Assembly (NCBI GenBank): GCA_963702735.1
Contig: CAVPDW010000003.1
Location: 1,173,479 to 1,237,478 of the forward strand
Direction: 5' to 3'
From: an uncultured Gammaproteobacteria bacterium
GTDB taxonomy: Bacteria > Pseudomonadota > Gammaproteobacteria > Steroidobacterales > Steroidobacteraceae
DNA length: 64,000 nt
A model generated the notes under the pieces. That model was not told the origin of the DNA, made no database searches, and saw nothing but the letters and a program-made list of their open reading frames with translations. The position numbers were made by a program, and so were the translations under genes. Positions within the stretch are counted from its first letter, which is position 1; every line of letters starts with the position of its first letter. Positions 37,756-46,940 of this stretch are shown piece by piece.

Positions 37756-37768
37756 CCGCGCCGCGGCT

Positions 37769-38509
37769 TCAGGGGACCGATGTGGATGCAAGCGTCACGT
37801 TCACCGGCTCCAAGTGGAAGGCGTACTGGGACAGACAGGCGCGCAGGAAGCCGCGCGCGCCCAATCCCCCCGCGCGCAACACCGAACGGTGCGTCAACCA
37901 TACGATACCGGCAGTGCCCGCGAAGAATGCTCGGTGAGCCAAGCGCGTCATGGCCCGCACCGGAGCGGGCCGGCCCGCTCGCAGCGCGAGCAGCAGCTGC
38001 GATTCGAATCCAACGTGGGCGAGCTCATCGGACACGAGTCCGCGGCAGAGCACCGTCAGGCGCCGGCAGTCCGTGGCCGCTTGGAGTGCTCGGTAGTACA
38101 CGATCCCAATGAGCTCTGCGCAGATGAGTATGTATATATAGAGCTCGAGCCCCGCGAGTCGTCGTACAAGACGAAACACCCGATCGGTCCAGTCGGTGCG
38201 CTTGAGGGCGATACGATGATCCTCCATGAAGGCCCGGAGCAGCGCCGCGTGACACTGCTCCTCACGAATGAATAGTTCGGTGATGCGCACCAGCGCGGGG
38301 ATACGGCGTCCATGTGCGAAACGTTGCGCTGCTTGCATGAGCGTACGTCCCTCGGACCGTTCCCCGAGCTGAAACGTTGCAATCGAGCTCGCAATAAGCC
38401 TCCTCTCATCGGGCCTTAGAAGATCTGAAAGGCCGTGTGGCACGCAACGCGGGTGCTGAGCATGGTATTCGAAGTGATTCAGCCATATCTCGAAATCAAC
38501 CGGAGCCAT
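37769..38509 (-). CDS. Ferritin-like di-iron carboxylate protein (function unknown)
   Basis: 246 aa from MAPVDFEI, with GGAGGGTGG upstream. Two ExxH motifs (REEQCHAAL, SDELAHVGF). The track's 325-aa form is an upstream extension. Confidence 0.5.
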   Translation of the reverse strand: MAPVDFEIWLNHFEYHAQHPRCVPHGLSDLLRPDERRLIASSIATFQLGERSEGRTLMQAAQRFAHGRRIPALVRITELFIREEQCHAALLRAFMEDHRIALKRTDWTDRVFRLVRRLAGLELYIYILICAELIGIVYYRALQAATDCRRLTVLCRGLVSDELAHVGFESQLLLALRAGRPAPVRAMTRLAHRAFFAGTAGIVWLTHRSVLRAGGLGARGFLRACLSQYAFHLEPVNVTLASTSVP

Positions 38510-38693
38510 ACCGCCACCCTCCTGATTCCAGTACAGGCAAGTGTGCGTGCCGCTTCGGGCGGTTCTGTGGAGGGATTCGGGCAAATTCTGGCAGCGGCGC
38601 TGCGGGGCAGCCCGGCTCGGTCTACGGTGCTTGAGGAGGCCGTCCGCGGTTGACGAACTCCCGGACGCTTGACCGAGCCCGCGCGAACATCGC

Positions 38694-38915
38694 CTATCGC
38701 GAAAACGCCGGGCAGCGACGCAGCGAAGGGCCGGGCGATGCGGCACCTGAACCGGTGATCACGAAACCCTTGTCGTCAAGTTTCACCAGGCCGGAGAGCC
38801 ACTCGGTGTTCGGCGCGGCGCCCACCATGATGAAGAGCGCGCGCGTCTCGGGGTGCGCTGCATCTGCCGTAGATCACCGCCAATCGTTTCCATGTTCAGC
38901 TCGTGTTCCGCACAG
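38694..38915 (-). pseudogene. Remnant of a thioredoxin-reductase-like FAD/NAD(P) disulfide oxidoreductase (C-terminal fragment, frame-disrupted)
   Basis: The minus-strand frame through 38849-38751 reads ETRALFIMVGAAPNTEWLSGLVKLDDKGFVITG. This is the LF(V/I)xIGxxPNTxWLxGxVxLDxxGF(I/V)xTG block of TrxB-like enzymes. A TGA lies just upstream in that frame. Plausible upstream residues (AEHELNMETIGGD) are in another frame. There is no start codon and no N-terminal domains. Confidence 0.5.
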
Positions 38916-38919
38916 AAGT

Positions 38920-39579
38920 CTAGGCGCGGCGATTGGGGGACCGTCCCCTGCGCGGCCTGCGGATCGCACGCACTTTGCCGCTGCGCCCGCCTCCACAGAA
39001 GAACATATCGCCCTTATCGGACTCGAGGCCCGACACGCCCATGCCGGCGGGCATCACCAGACTTTCCAATACCTCTCCGCTTTGAGGATCCACCCGCCTG
39101 ACTTCGCTTTCGTCTCCTTCCCAAACGCCATGCCAGAGTTCCCCATCGACCCATGTCACCCCGGTGACAAACCTATTGGATTCGATCGTACGAAGAATCG
39201 CACCTGTTTCGGGATCGATCTGCAGAATCTTGCGGCCGCGATCATGCCCCACCCAGAGAGCCCCTTCGGCCCATGTGAGGCCCGAGTCACTCCCACCCCC
39301 CGGTGCCGGGATCGTCGCGACCACCCGGCCGTTTTGCGGGTCGATTTTCTGAATACGATCCTCAGCCAGCTGGAAGATGTGCTCGCCGTCGAACGCTGTG
39401 CCTGCATGCGCCGCAACGTCGATTGATCGCACGGCTTCTCCGGTTGCGGGGTCGAAGGCATTGAGCTTCTCTCCGGACGCAAACCAGACATTGCGGCCGT
39501 CGTAGGTCACTCCATTCACGCGATCTGCCCCCGGAAAGGGCCCATATTCGCGCACGATGTCGGCTTTTGATTGCTTCAT
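38920..39579 (-). CDS. Beta-propeller repeat protein (glutamine-cyclotransferase-like)
   Basis: 219 aa from MKQSKADIV. Repeated D-P-x-T/N/S-G-x-V strand motifs (FDPATGEAV, IDPQNGRVV, IDPETGAIL, VDPQSGEVL) and GLTWAEGALW / GVTWVDGELW. Confidence 0.45.
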   Translation of the reverse strand: MKQSKADIVREYGPFPGADRVNGVTYDGRNVWFASGEKLNAFDPATGEAVRSIDVAAHAGTAFDGEHIFQLAEDRIQKIDPQNGRVVATIPAPGGGSDSGLTWAEGALWVGHDRGRKILQIDPETGAILRTIESNRFVTGVTWVDGELWHGVWEGDESEVRRVDPQSGEVLESLVMPAGMGVSGLESDKGDMFFCGGGRSGKVRAIRRPRRGRSPNRRA

Positions 39580-39589
39580 GAGACTTATC

Positions 39590-40810
39590 CTAATCTCCCG
39601 GCAAAGGGCCCGGAAGTAACAAAGCTGTCGGGTATCCCACCACGGGCGGGGTAATCCAGCGGCGCGCTCTGCCGTGACCGATAGCCTGGACCGTGCCTGC
39701 GGCCGACAGCGACGCCAGCGCACGCAGGACCGTACGCGGACTTGAATGCAGCGCCTGCGCCAGGGCGGAGCTGGACCATGACTCTCCGTCCGCAAGAAGC
39801 GCGAGCACCGGCGCATGCTTCTCCTCAACGGGCGGCGCCAAAATGGCCACCTTACGCGCATCCGGCGCGACCAGCGCGAAGCCGTCTTTCGTGGCGGTCA
39901 CTGCCGCGACATCTCGAAGCGCGGCGCGCAGCCGCCCCATCTCCACTCTCAAGCGCACACGATGCGACTCATCTGCGCGTTTGACCCTAAATGCCCGCGC
40001 AATCAGCGTGCCTCTCGGCACGTCGGCCGGCCAAGCCTCTCCCAGCGCACGCGCGAGCGTGAACAGCACAGGTCGCCGGGCGAGCGAGACCACTGAAGGC
40101 GCGCGGTGAATCACGTGCCTGCACGCATCGATGACCAAAGCGTCCGACTCTAGAATCGCTTCGACCTCCGCAAGTAAAATGGGCCGGTCCTCGCCCTGCG
40201 TGATGAGCCGGGCCGCCGTCGCACCGAGGGCGCGTGTTGTGCATTCGACCTCCGCAACGAGTGCAGGAACGGCGGCTTGCAGTGCCGCCTCCCGCGCCCG
40301 TGCAAGCGCAGCGCGCGCCGCCGTCGTTCGCAGTCGTCGAATCGACACGCCCGCCACGGTGAGTTCGTGCGCCGCCCTCAAAGCGGGCGAGAAATGAACG
40401 GGATCGACCTCGGACAGCATCGCCTCTGCTTCGCCGAGCCGCCCTATGAGCAGGAGATGGCGAACGACCAGGCAGCGGGCGTGCGCGGCGTTCAGTAGAT
40501 CGCCGCGCTCTTCGAGAGTCGCGCGCGCCGCCTCGAGCCCGTTTGCCACCGCACCCAAGTCACGTGATACCAGCGCGATTTCGTATTCGGCCACCGCACA
40601 GCGCGCGCGTGCAACCGCCTCACGCGGGCCAAATGCCTTCGCCGCACGCCGCAGCAGCGCCTTCGCGCGACCGAGATCGCCAAGTTGCGCCATGGCGATG
40701 CCCCGGAGCGCGAGCGCGGGAGCATCGTTGCGCAGGGCAACCCGTTGCAACGCGCCGAGGACGTCGCCTGCCGCCAGTGCACGCGCGGCGGCGGTGATCA
40801 GCGAGTCCAT
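39590..40810 (-). CDS. Putative transcriptional regulator (helical repeat N-domain + winged-helix DNA-binding regions)
   Basis: 406 aa. Ala/Leu-rich TPR-like N-half, an OmpR/SARP-like block (RRPVLFTLARALGEAWP...VRLRVEMGRLRAAL), and a C-terminal wHTH (SSSALAQALHSSPRTVLRALASLSAAG). Ends 10 nt upstream of the propeller gene. Confidence 0.5.
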   Translation of the reverse strand: MDSLITAAARALAAGDVLGALQRVALRNDAPALALRGIAMAQLGDLGRAKALLRRAAKAFGPREAVARARCAVAEYEIALVSRDLGAVANGLEAARATLEERGDLLNAAHARCLVVRHLLLIGRLGEAEAMLSEVDPVHFSPALRAAHELTVAGVSIRRLRTTAARAALARAREAALQAAVPALVAEVECTTRALGATAARLITQGEDRPILLAEVEAILESDALVIDACRHVIHRAPSVVSLARRPVLFTLARALGEAWPADVPRGTLIARAFRVKRADESHRVRLRVEMGRLRAALRDVAAVTATKDGFALVAPDARKVAILAPPVEEKHAPVLALLADGESWSSSALAQALHSSPRTVLRALASLSAAGTVQAIGHGRARRWITPPVVGYPTALLLPGPLPGD

Positions 40811-40926
40811 GGCAATCTCGCCACACTTGTCACTCCCATCATTCGAAGTCCCGCGGCAATACTATCTCATGATCAACACCAAGCGATCGGCAGTGAACGA
40901 GCGATCGCTCTAATTCGGAGGCTGCG

Positions 40927-41715
40927 ATGACGACGAGCACAGGACAGAACGCCATGAATACACCCCCGATTGTTACGCCCCAAGAATGGGCGGCTGCGCG
41001 CGAGCGGCTTCTCGTCAAGGAGAAGGCCCTAACCCGCGCCCGCGACGCGCTGGCGGCCGAGAGAAGGCGGATGCCATGGGCCGCCGTGGAAAGAGCGTAT
41101 ATGTTCGACGGGCCCGACGGCAGAGCGAGCCTGCTCGACCTATTTGAGGGCCGCCGTCAGCTCATCGTCTATCGCGCCTTCTTCGAGCCGGGCGTGCACG
41201 GCTGGCCGGAGCATGCCTGCATCGGCTGTTCCCTGGGGGCAGACCAAGTCGCCCACCCCGCCCACCTGAACGCGCGCAATACCACCCTCGTGTACGCCTC
41301 GCGCGCACCGCAGGCCGACATCGCGCGCCTGAAGGCGCGGATGGGTTGGGAAATCCCCTGGTACACCATCACCGACGGCTTCGACGCAGACTTCGGGGTG
41401 GACCAGTGGCACGGCCACAACGCTTTCATCCGCGACGGTGAGCGCGTGTTCCGCACCTACTTCATCAACGAACGCGGCGATGAGGCGATGGGCACCACCT
41501 GGAGCTATCTCGACATGACGGCGCTCGGGCGTCAGGAGACGTGGGAAGACTCACCGGAAGGCTACCCCCAGAGCCGACCGTACAAGTGGTGGAACTGGCA
41601 CGAGAGTTATGTCCCCAACGCCGCTCCGGACCCGAAGTGGGTCAAGGTGTCGGACGCCGGAGAGGCCGCGTTTAGGAAACGCGGACAGGGACCGGCGGAT
41701 GCATGCACACGATGA
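40927..41715 (+). CDS. DUF899 thioredoxin-like family protein
   Basis: 262 aa. PIVTPQEWAAARERLLVKEKALTRARDALAAERRRMPW, RQLIVYRAFF, and CIGCS are typical of DUF899. Confidence 0.8.
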   Translation: MTTSTGQNAMNTPPIVTPQEWAAARERLLVKEKALTRARDALAAERRRMPWAAVERAYMFDGPDGRASLLDLFEGRRQLIVYRAFFEPGVHGWPEHACIGCSLGADQVAHPAHLNARNTTLVYASRAPQADIARLKARMGWEIPWYTITDGFDADFGVDQWHGHNAFIRDGERVFRTYFINERGDEAMGTTWSYLDMTALGRQETWEDSPEGYPQSRPYKWWNWHESYVPNAAPDPKWVKVSDAGEAAFRKRGQGPADACTR

Positions 41716-42521
41716 AGGCGCTCACGACGCATGCCTTCGAGCGCGCTTCCGACCGTGCCTTCTACGGAGTCTCTGCATTGATCTTCGCCGCCGCCGCGGC
41801 GGGGACCCTCGTCTGGTGCGAGTCGATGTCGGCGATGAGCGGGATGCCGATGCCCGGCGGTTGGTCGATGTCCATGGTGTGGATGCGGATGCCCGGACAA
41901 ACCTGGACCGACGCCTCGGCCTCCTTCGTCGGCATGTGGGTTGCCATGACGGTGGCGATGATGCTGCCCTGCCTGGTCCCCATGCTGCGGCGATACCGGC
42001 GGGCGGTCGCCGTCGCGGGCAAGGCCCGCCTCGGCCCGCTGACCGTGCTGGTGGGTACGGGCTACTTCTCGGTATGGGCCGTGTTCGGAATGATCGCCTT
42101 TGCGATCGGCGTCGCGCTCACGGCCCTGGAGATGCGGCGGGCGGTGCTGGCGAGTGCCGTACCGATCGCGGTCGGTGTGGTCGTGTTGCTCGCAGGCGCG
42201 CTGCAGTTCACCGCGTGGAAGGCACGTCAGCTTGCCTGCTGTCGGCAGGCACCGGGGCGCGGGCGTACGCTGCCTGCTGACGCCGGTACGGCCTGGCGGT
42301 ACGGTCTGCACCTGGGCCTGCACTGCTGCTTCAGCTGTGCCGCCCTGACGGCGATCCTGCTCGTCGTCGGAGTCATGGATCTGCGGATCATGGCTGTCGT
42401 GACGGCGGCCACCACCCTCGAACGATTCGCACCGGCGGGTGAGCGCGTCGCGCGAGCCATCGGAGCCCTTGCTGTCGGGGCAGGGATGTTGCTGATCGTC
42501 CGGGCAGCTGGGCTCGTGTGA
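41712..42521 (+). CDS. DUF2182 family metal-binding integral membrane protein
   Basis: Met-rich loop (MSAMSGMPMPGGWSMSMVWMRMPG) and several TM helices. The ATG at 41712 overlaps the DUF899 stop (ATGA). An ATG at 41703 is also possible. Confidence 0.75.
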   Translation: MKALTTHAFERASDRAFYGVSALIFAAAAAGTLVWCESMSAMSGMPMPGGWSMSMVWMRMPGQTWTDASASFVGMWVAMTVAMMLPCLVPMLRRYRRAVAVAGKARLGPLTVLVGTGYFSVWAVFGMIAFAIGVALTALEMRRAVLASAVPIAVGVVVLLAGALQFTAWKARQLACCRQAPGRGRTLPADAGTAWRYGLHLGLHCCFSCAALTAILLVVGVMDLRIMAVVTAATTLERFAPAGERVARAIGALAVGAGMLLIVRAAGLV

Positions 42522-42574
42522 CGCCCGCCGGTCGCGCGCCGGCCGCGCGGAGCCCGGCGGCGCGTCGGTGAGGG

Positions 42575-43222
42575 TTACCCGGTCGTCCGCCGCGCCGCGA
42601 GCGCCGTCGGATTGGGTGTGGGCTCGCCGATCCTGCGCAGCCGGTTGCGATCGGTGTGGTGAAAGGGTTCAGACTGTCCGGGGATGATCAGCAACGTGTC
42701 TTGCTCGTAGGACCATGTGTCGTCGGTGTGGATGTCGACCTTGATCGTGTAGCGATCCGTGCGGAACGCCTGCTCGAGAAAGGGGTTCGAGACGATGCCG
42801 TTGGTGAGTGAACCACGCACGGCCGAGAGCGCGAATGATTTCGCATCGGCAGCCGCTTGGCCGACTGCCATCGCCGTCTGGCCGCGGGGAATCGACAGGG
42901 TCAACAGTATCGCGCCGGTAGCCGGCTCCCACAGCCAGTAGCCGACCTGGTCGTGAAAGGTCTCCGGATCGTCCGGCTTCACGATCCGCGTGTGATAGCG
43001 CAAGCCATAGAAGAGTTGCGGCCCGTTGGTCTGGGCGTCGATCGGCTGGAGCTCGTAGCGCTCGATAAAGGGCTGATGCTCGGGCCCGTCGGGCTTCGGA
43101 TTGACATCCATGCCGTCGGCGCTGGTCCAGATGCCGGCCATGCCGGTGAGCGGCCCGAGGTTGGCCAGGGTGTCGGTATCCGGTTCGGGTTCCGTGTAGA
43201 TGTCGGCAGGGTAGCGATACAT
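42575..43222 (-). CDS. Heme-binding beta-barrel (nitrobindin/FABP-like, DUF1794) protein
   Basis: 215 aa. LGPLTGMAGIWTS..., GLRYHTRIV, GYWLWEP are typical of the THAP4/nitrobindin-like lipocalin fold. Confidence 0.65.
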   Translation of the reverse strand: MYRYPADIYTEPEPDTDTLANLGPLTGMAGIWTSADGMDVNPKPDGPEHQPFIERYELQPIDAQTNGPQLFYGLRYHTRIVKPDDPETFHDQVGYWLWEPATGAILLTLSIPRGQTAMAVGQAAADAKSFALSAVRGSLTNGIVSNPFLEQAFRTDRYTIKVDIHTDDTWSYEQDTLLIIPGQSEPFHHTDRNRLRRIGEPTPNPTALAARRTTG

Positions 43223-43328
43223 GAGGGCTCCGGGCGGGGGGAAGGGTGGCCGCGCTAATCGTACCGGACACCGCGACGGATGTGGGCGAAGGCTTTCCAG
43301 GATGAGGCGGACGTGGATCCGCCGTCGG

Positions 43329-44936
43329 CTATGCCCGAAGCCACGGGCTATCCTCGCGCACTTCGATCAGCGTCGGACGATCGGCGAGGAGCGCATCCCG
43401 CACGGATTGCGCCAAGTGTTCGGCGCTTGCTGCGCGAAGGGCATGACAGCCGAGACTCTCCGCCAATCGCAGGAAGTCGGGGCTCTTGGGTTCCACGCCG
43501 ATGCGCGGAATCTGCCGCCGGTCCATCTGGTCCACGATCTCCTTCAGGGCATCGTTGTTCCACACGATGACCGGAAGGGCGAGCCGCTCTTCGGCGGCGG
43601 TGGCCAGCTCATTGATCGTGAACATGATCCCTCCGTCGCCCGCGACGGCGATCACCGGCCGGTGCGGGGCGCCGATCTTGGCGCCAATGGCCATCGGCAG
43701 GGCGACCCCCAGGGAACAATAGGTGCCCGAATAGTACCAGCAGCGCTCCATGTCCATCGGCATGGAAAAACTACCGGAATACACAAGCTGCGAAGCGTCG
43801 CCCATCACGATTGCGTCCGCAGGAAGCGCTGAGCGCAGTATCTTCCATACGCGCGCATGCAATGTTTCGAGAGCGGTCATGCTCGCGGCATTGCGCGCGA
43901 GGATATCACGCACCCGGATCTCGCCCTCCGATCGCGATGCCGTCGGCTTGCGGCGTGCAAGGGCGGATGACAGGGCGAGCATCGCGGCGCGCGCGTCGGC
44001 TTGAATCGGCACCGCCGCACCATACATCGAGGTCAATTCCGCCGGATCGATGTCGATCCGGATGATATCGCCCGAAATATCGAGTTTCGGCAGGAAGTGG
44101 TCGCCTTGGCCGACCTCAGAGCCGACCAGCAGCACCACGTCGGCGTCGGCCAGAGCCTGCTGGCTCGATTTCTGCAAGATAGAGCAGCCCAGGGACAAGG
44201 GGTGGGAGTCCGCAATAATCCCCTTGCCGGCGTTGGTGGAAAGAACCGCAGCCCCGATACGCTCGGCGATGGCGGTCAGCGCCATGCGCGTGCCGACCGC
44301 GCCGCCGCCGACGAGAATCAGAGGGCGCGTCGCCTGTGCGAGGCGGTCCGCTGCCTCGTCGATGACTGCCGGATCGGGCATGGGCAGGGATGGGGCGCGG
44401 CGTGTCTTCCAGTGATCCTCGACGGTTTCAGGGAGGACGTCCCGGGGCAGCGACAGGTGAACCGGACGAGGCCTGCTGCCGCGAAACACCGCATAGGCAC
44501 GTGCAATCAACTCCGGCAGCTCTTCCGGATATCGGACCATGGTGCTGAATGCGGTGAACCCGGCGGTGACTGCGGCCTGGTCGGCGAGTTCGTGAACGGC
44601 TCCCCAGCCTTTTCCCTGCGTGCGCGTGGCACAGGCCCCGGACAACACGAGCATGGGCTGCGAATCGCAGTAAGCCTGCGCGATGCCTGTCGCCGCGTTG
44701 GTGACACCGGGGCCGGCAATGATCGTGCAAACGCCGGGCTTGCCGGTCGCCCGCGCGTAGCCGTCGGCCATGAGGCTTGCTCCTTGCTCGTTGCGACACT
44801 GCACGTGGCGGATGCCCGCGAGTGCGATGCCGCGATACAGCTCGACGGTCATCGTACCGGCCATGCCGAATACCGTATCCACCGCATAGTCCGCGAGCAA
44901 CTTCATCACGGCTTCACCGCATGTCATGAGTTTCAA
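43329..44936 (-). CDS. Thiamine-diphosphate enzyme of the acetolactate-synthase superfamily (5-guanidino-2-oxopentanoate decarboxylase-like)
   Basis: 535 aa. TCGEAVMKLLADYAVDTVFGMAG, NEQGASLMADGYARATGKPGVC, and the TPP motif GDGGIMFTINELATA...NN. Confidence 0.85.
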   Translation of the reverse strand: MKLMTCGEAVMKLLADYAVDTVFGMAGTMTVELYRGIALAGIRHVQCRNEQGASLMADGYARATGKPGVCTIIAGPGVTNAATGIAQAYCDSQPMLVLSGACATRTQGKGWGAVHELADQAAVTAGFTAFSTMVRYPEELPELIARAYAVFRGSRPRPVHLSLPRDVLPETVEDHWKTRRAPSLPMPDPAVIDEAADRLAQATRPLILVGGGAVGTRMALTAIAERIGAAVLSTNAGKGIIADSHPLSLGCSILQKSSQQALADADVVLLVGSEVGQGDHFLPKLDISGDIIRIDIDPAELTSMYGAAVPIQADARAAMLALSSALARRKPTASRSEGEIRVRDILARNAASMTALETLHARVWKILRSALPADAIVMGDASQLVYSGSFSMPMDMERCWYYSGTYCSLGVALPMAIGAKIGAPHRPVIAVAGDGGIMFTINELATAAEERLALPVIVWNNDALKEIVDQMDRRQIPRIGVEPKSPDFLRLAESLGCHALRAASAEHLAQSVRDALLADRPTLIEVREDSPWLRA

Positions 44937-45054
44937 TTCTTCTCTCCGCTGTTTCGGTTGATTCGCGTGGCATCAGTCGCACTGAACCCTTGCGTGTACA
45001 CGACCTCCAGAGCGCGCACTATACTGGCATTGCCGGTAAGCGTGAGAGGGGGCG

Positions 45055-46674
45055 ATGTCCGAGCAAGAAGTACCCGTTCTGGTGGTGGGCGGCAGCCTCG
45101 TCGGTCTGACCGCCTCGGTGCTGCTGGCCTCACGCGGCGTCCGGCACATCCTGATCGAACGACACAGGGGCACGGCGATTCACCCGCGGGCGGCATCCTT
45201 TCACCAGCGCTCGATGGAGATTTTCCGCAGCATCGGCCTGCAGCAGGCGGTGGAGGCCGCCGCCGAGCGCGAGTTCGTTCAAAACGGCGCCATCGTTTCC
45301 GTGGAGTCCTTGAGCGGCAAAGAGCTGGCCTGCTTCTATCGCTCGTTCAACGACGGGGTCGAGGGCTTGAGCCCCACCTCGCGACTGTTCATCACACAGA
45401 TCGGGCTGGAGCCGCTGCTGCGGGAGCGTGCGCGCAAACTCGGGGCCGAGCACCACTATGCGACGGAGTTGACCGGCTTCGAGCAGGACGACACGGGCGT
45501 CCTCGCCGTGCTGCGCCCGCGCGACGGCGGACCGGCGCGAACGGTGCGCGCCCGTTATCTGGTGGCCGCCGACGGGACCCACAGCTTCGTGCGCGGGCAG
45601 CTCGGCATCGGCATGGCCGGCCGCGGCAGCTTCGCCGACTGCGCGACCATCTACTTCAAAGCCGATCTGCGGGCGCTGATCGGCGGCCGCAATCTCAGCG
45701 TCGTCTATGTGAACCAACCGGGCCTGCTCGCGTTCTTCAGATTCTCGATCACCGGGGACGCGGGGTTTCTGGCGGTTTTCGCAACCAGCAGCGTCGAGCG
45801 GAGCCTTTCTCCGGAGCGCTGCGCCAACCTCGTGCGGGCGGCGCTCGGGGTACCGGCCGAATTCCCCGTTGCGATCGACGACGTGCAGCCGTGGAGCGCA
45901 AGCGCGGTCACTGCCGCCGCGTTTCGCAAGGGGCGCGTTTTTCTGGCCGGCGATGCCGCGCATCTCATGCCCCCCACCGGCGGTTTCGGAGGCAACACCG
46001 GCATCGCGGACGCCCACAATCTTGCGTGGAAGCTCGCAATGGTGCTCGAGGGAGCCGCCGGCCCCCGGCTGCTCGACAGCTATGAATCCGAGCGCAGACC
46101 GCAATGCGAGCTGATCGTCGAGCAGGCCTATGCACGCTACGTCAGGCGTGTCGATCCGTCCCTGCCGGCGGCGAATCTCGCGCCTCTTCTCGACGATGCG
46201 GCGATCGAGCTCGGTTCTGTCTATGGCCCGGATGCGGTACTCGACGAGGAGCGGAAGGGCGGCGTTGCTGCGCTGCTCGAGGACCCACGCAAGCCGAGCG
46301 GCAGGCCGGGAGCGCGTGTGCCCCACATTGTGCTGCGGCGTAACGGTGTCCCCCTGTCCACTCATGATCTCCCCGATACCGGTTTCACATTGCTGGCCGG
46401 CTCCTCCGGAGCTACGTGGACGCAAGCCTGCGATGCCCTGCGGACTGCGGGATTTCCCCTCAAGGCCCACCGGATCGCACCCGACGGCGATCTGACGGAT
46501 CCCGACGGTCGCTTCGAGCACAGCGTGGGAATCGGCGCAGCGGGCGCGCTGCTGCTTCGACCCGACGGCGTCATCGGCTGGCGCACCCACGGGCCGCACA
46601 CGGATCCCTCCGCACGGCTCGATGAGGTAATGCGGCGGCTGACATTCCGCGGCATCACGTCTACCGCGGGGTGA
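45055..46674 (+). CDS. FAD-dependent aromatic-ring monooxygenase (PheA/TfdB family)
   Basis: 539 aa. GxGxxG (VLVVGGSLVGLTASVLLA), DG motif (YLVAADGTHSFVR), and GD motif (VFLAGDAAHLMPPTGGFGGNTGIADAHNLAWKL). Confidence 0.88.
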   Translation: MSEQEVPVLVVGGSLVGLTASVLLASRGVRHILIERHRGTAIHPRAASFHQRSMEIFRSIGLQQAVEAAAEREFVQNGAIVSVESLSGKELACFYRSFNDGVEGLSPTSRLFITQIGLEPLLRERARKLGAEHHYATELTGFEQDDTGVLAVLRPRDGGPARTVRARYLVAADGTHSFVRGQLGIGMAGRGSFADCATIYFKADLRALIGGRNLSVVYVNQPGLLAFFRFSITGDAGFLAVFATSSVERSLSPERCANLVRAALGVPAEFPVAIDDVQPWSASAVTAAAFRKGRVFLAGDAAHLMPPTGGFGGNTGIADAHNLAWKLAMVLEGAAGPRLLDSYESERRPQCELIVEQAYARYVRRVDPSLPAANLAPLLDDAAIELGSVYGPDAVLDEERKGGVAALLEDPRKPSGRPGARVPHIVLRRNGVPLSTHDLPDTGFTLLAGSSGATWTQACDALRTAGFPLKAHRIAPDGDLTDPDGRFEHSVGIGAAGALLLRPDGVIGWRTHGPHTDPSARLDEVMRRLTFRGITSTAG

Positions 46675-46940
46675 CGACGCAGCCTCTGACGCCGCGCGCG
46701 ACGCTCGCCGACATCCGTCGACGCACGCGCCGCGTTATGTCGATGACGATCACAGCCGCATCGCGGCGGCTGCAACAAACCTCAATGAATACGTATGCAC
46801 CCTCCTTGGCAAGGCGAGGGATTGCAATAGACTGTGGCGAAAATAATTCATAGATCGATTTGATTGGGGATCGAGACGAAATCACGCACGAATACGTGCC
46901 GATGAGCGATATAAACCGTTCTTGTCCGAGGGAGTAATCA

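Noticed and set aside
38650-39426. 258-aa plus-strand ORF covering the TrxR-like remnant and the beta-propeller gene.
   Set aside because: It is antisense to a repeat-structured propeller protein, has low-complexity composition and no motifs, and lacks a ribosome-binding site.
40811-40926. Direct repeat of GCGATCG(C), a HIP1-like palindrome, in the regulator/DUF899 divergent region.
   Set aside because: Only two copies of a short GC-rich palindrome, which is likely coincidental.
46675-46940. The 265-bp region upstream of the TBDR was checked for a riboswitch, a gene remnant or a LacI operator.
   Set aside because: Only short dyads (GCACG-AATA-CGTGC, AGATCGATTT) and no coding-like frame. This is insufficient to call a feature.
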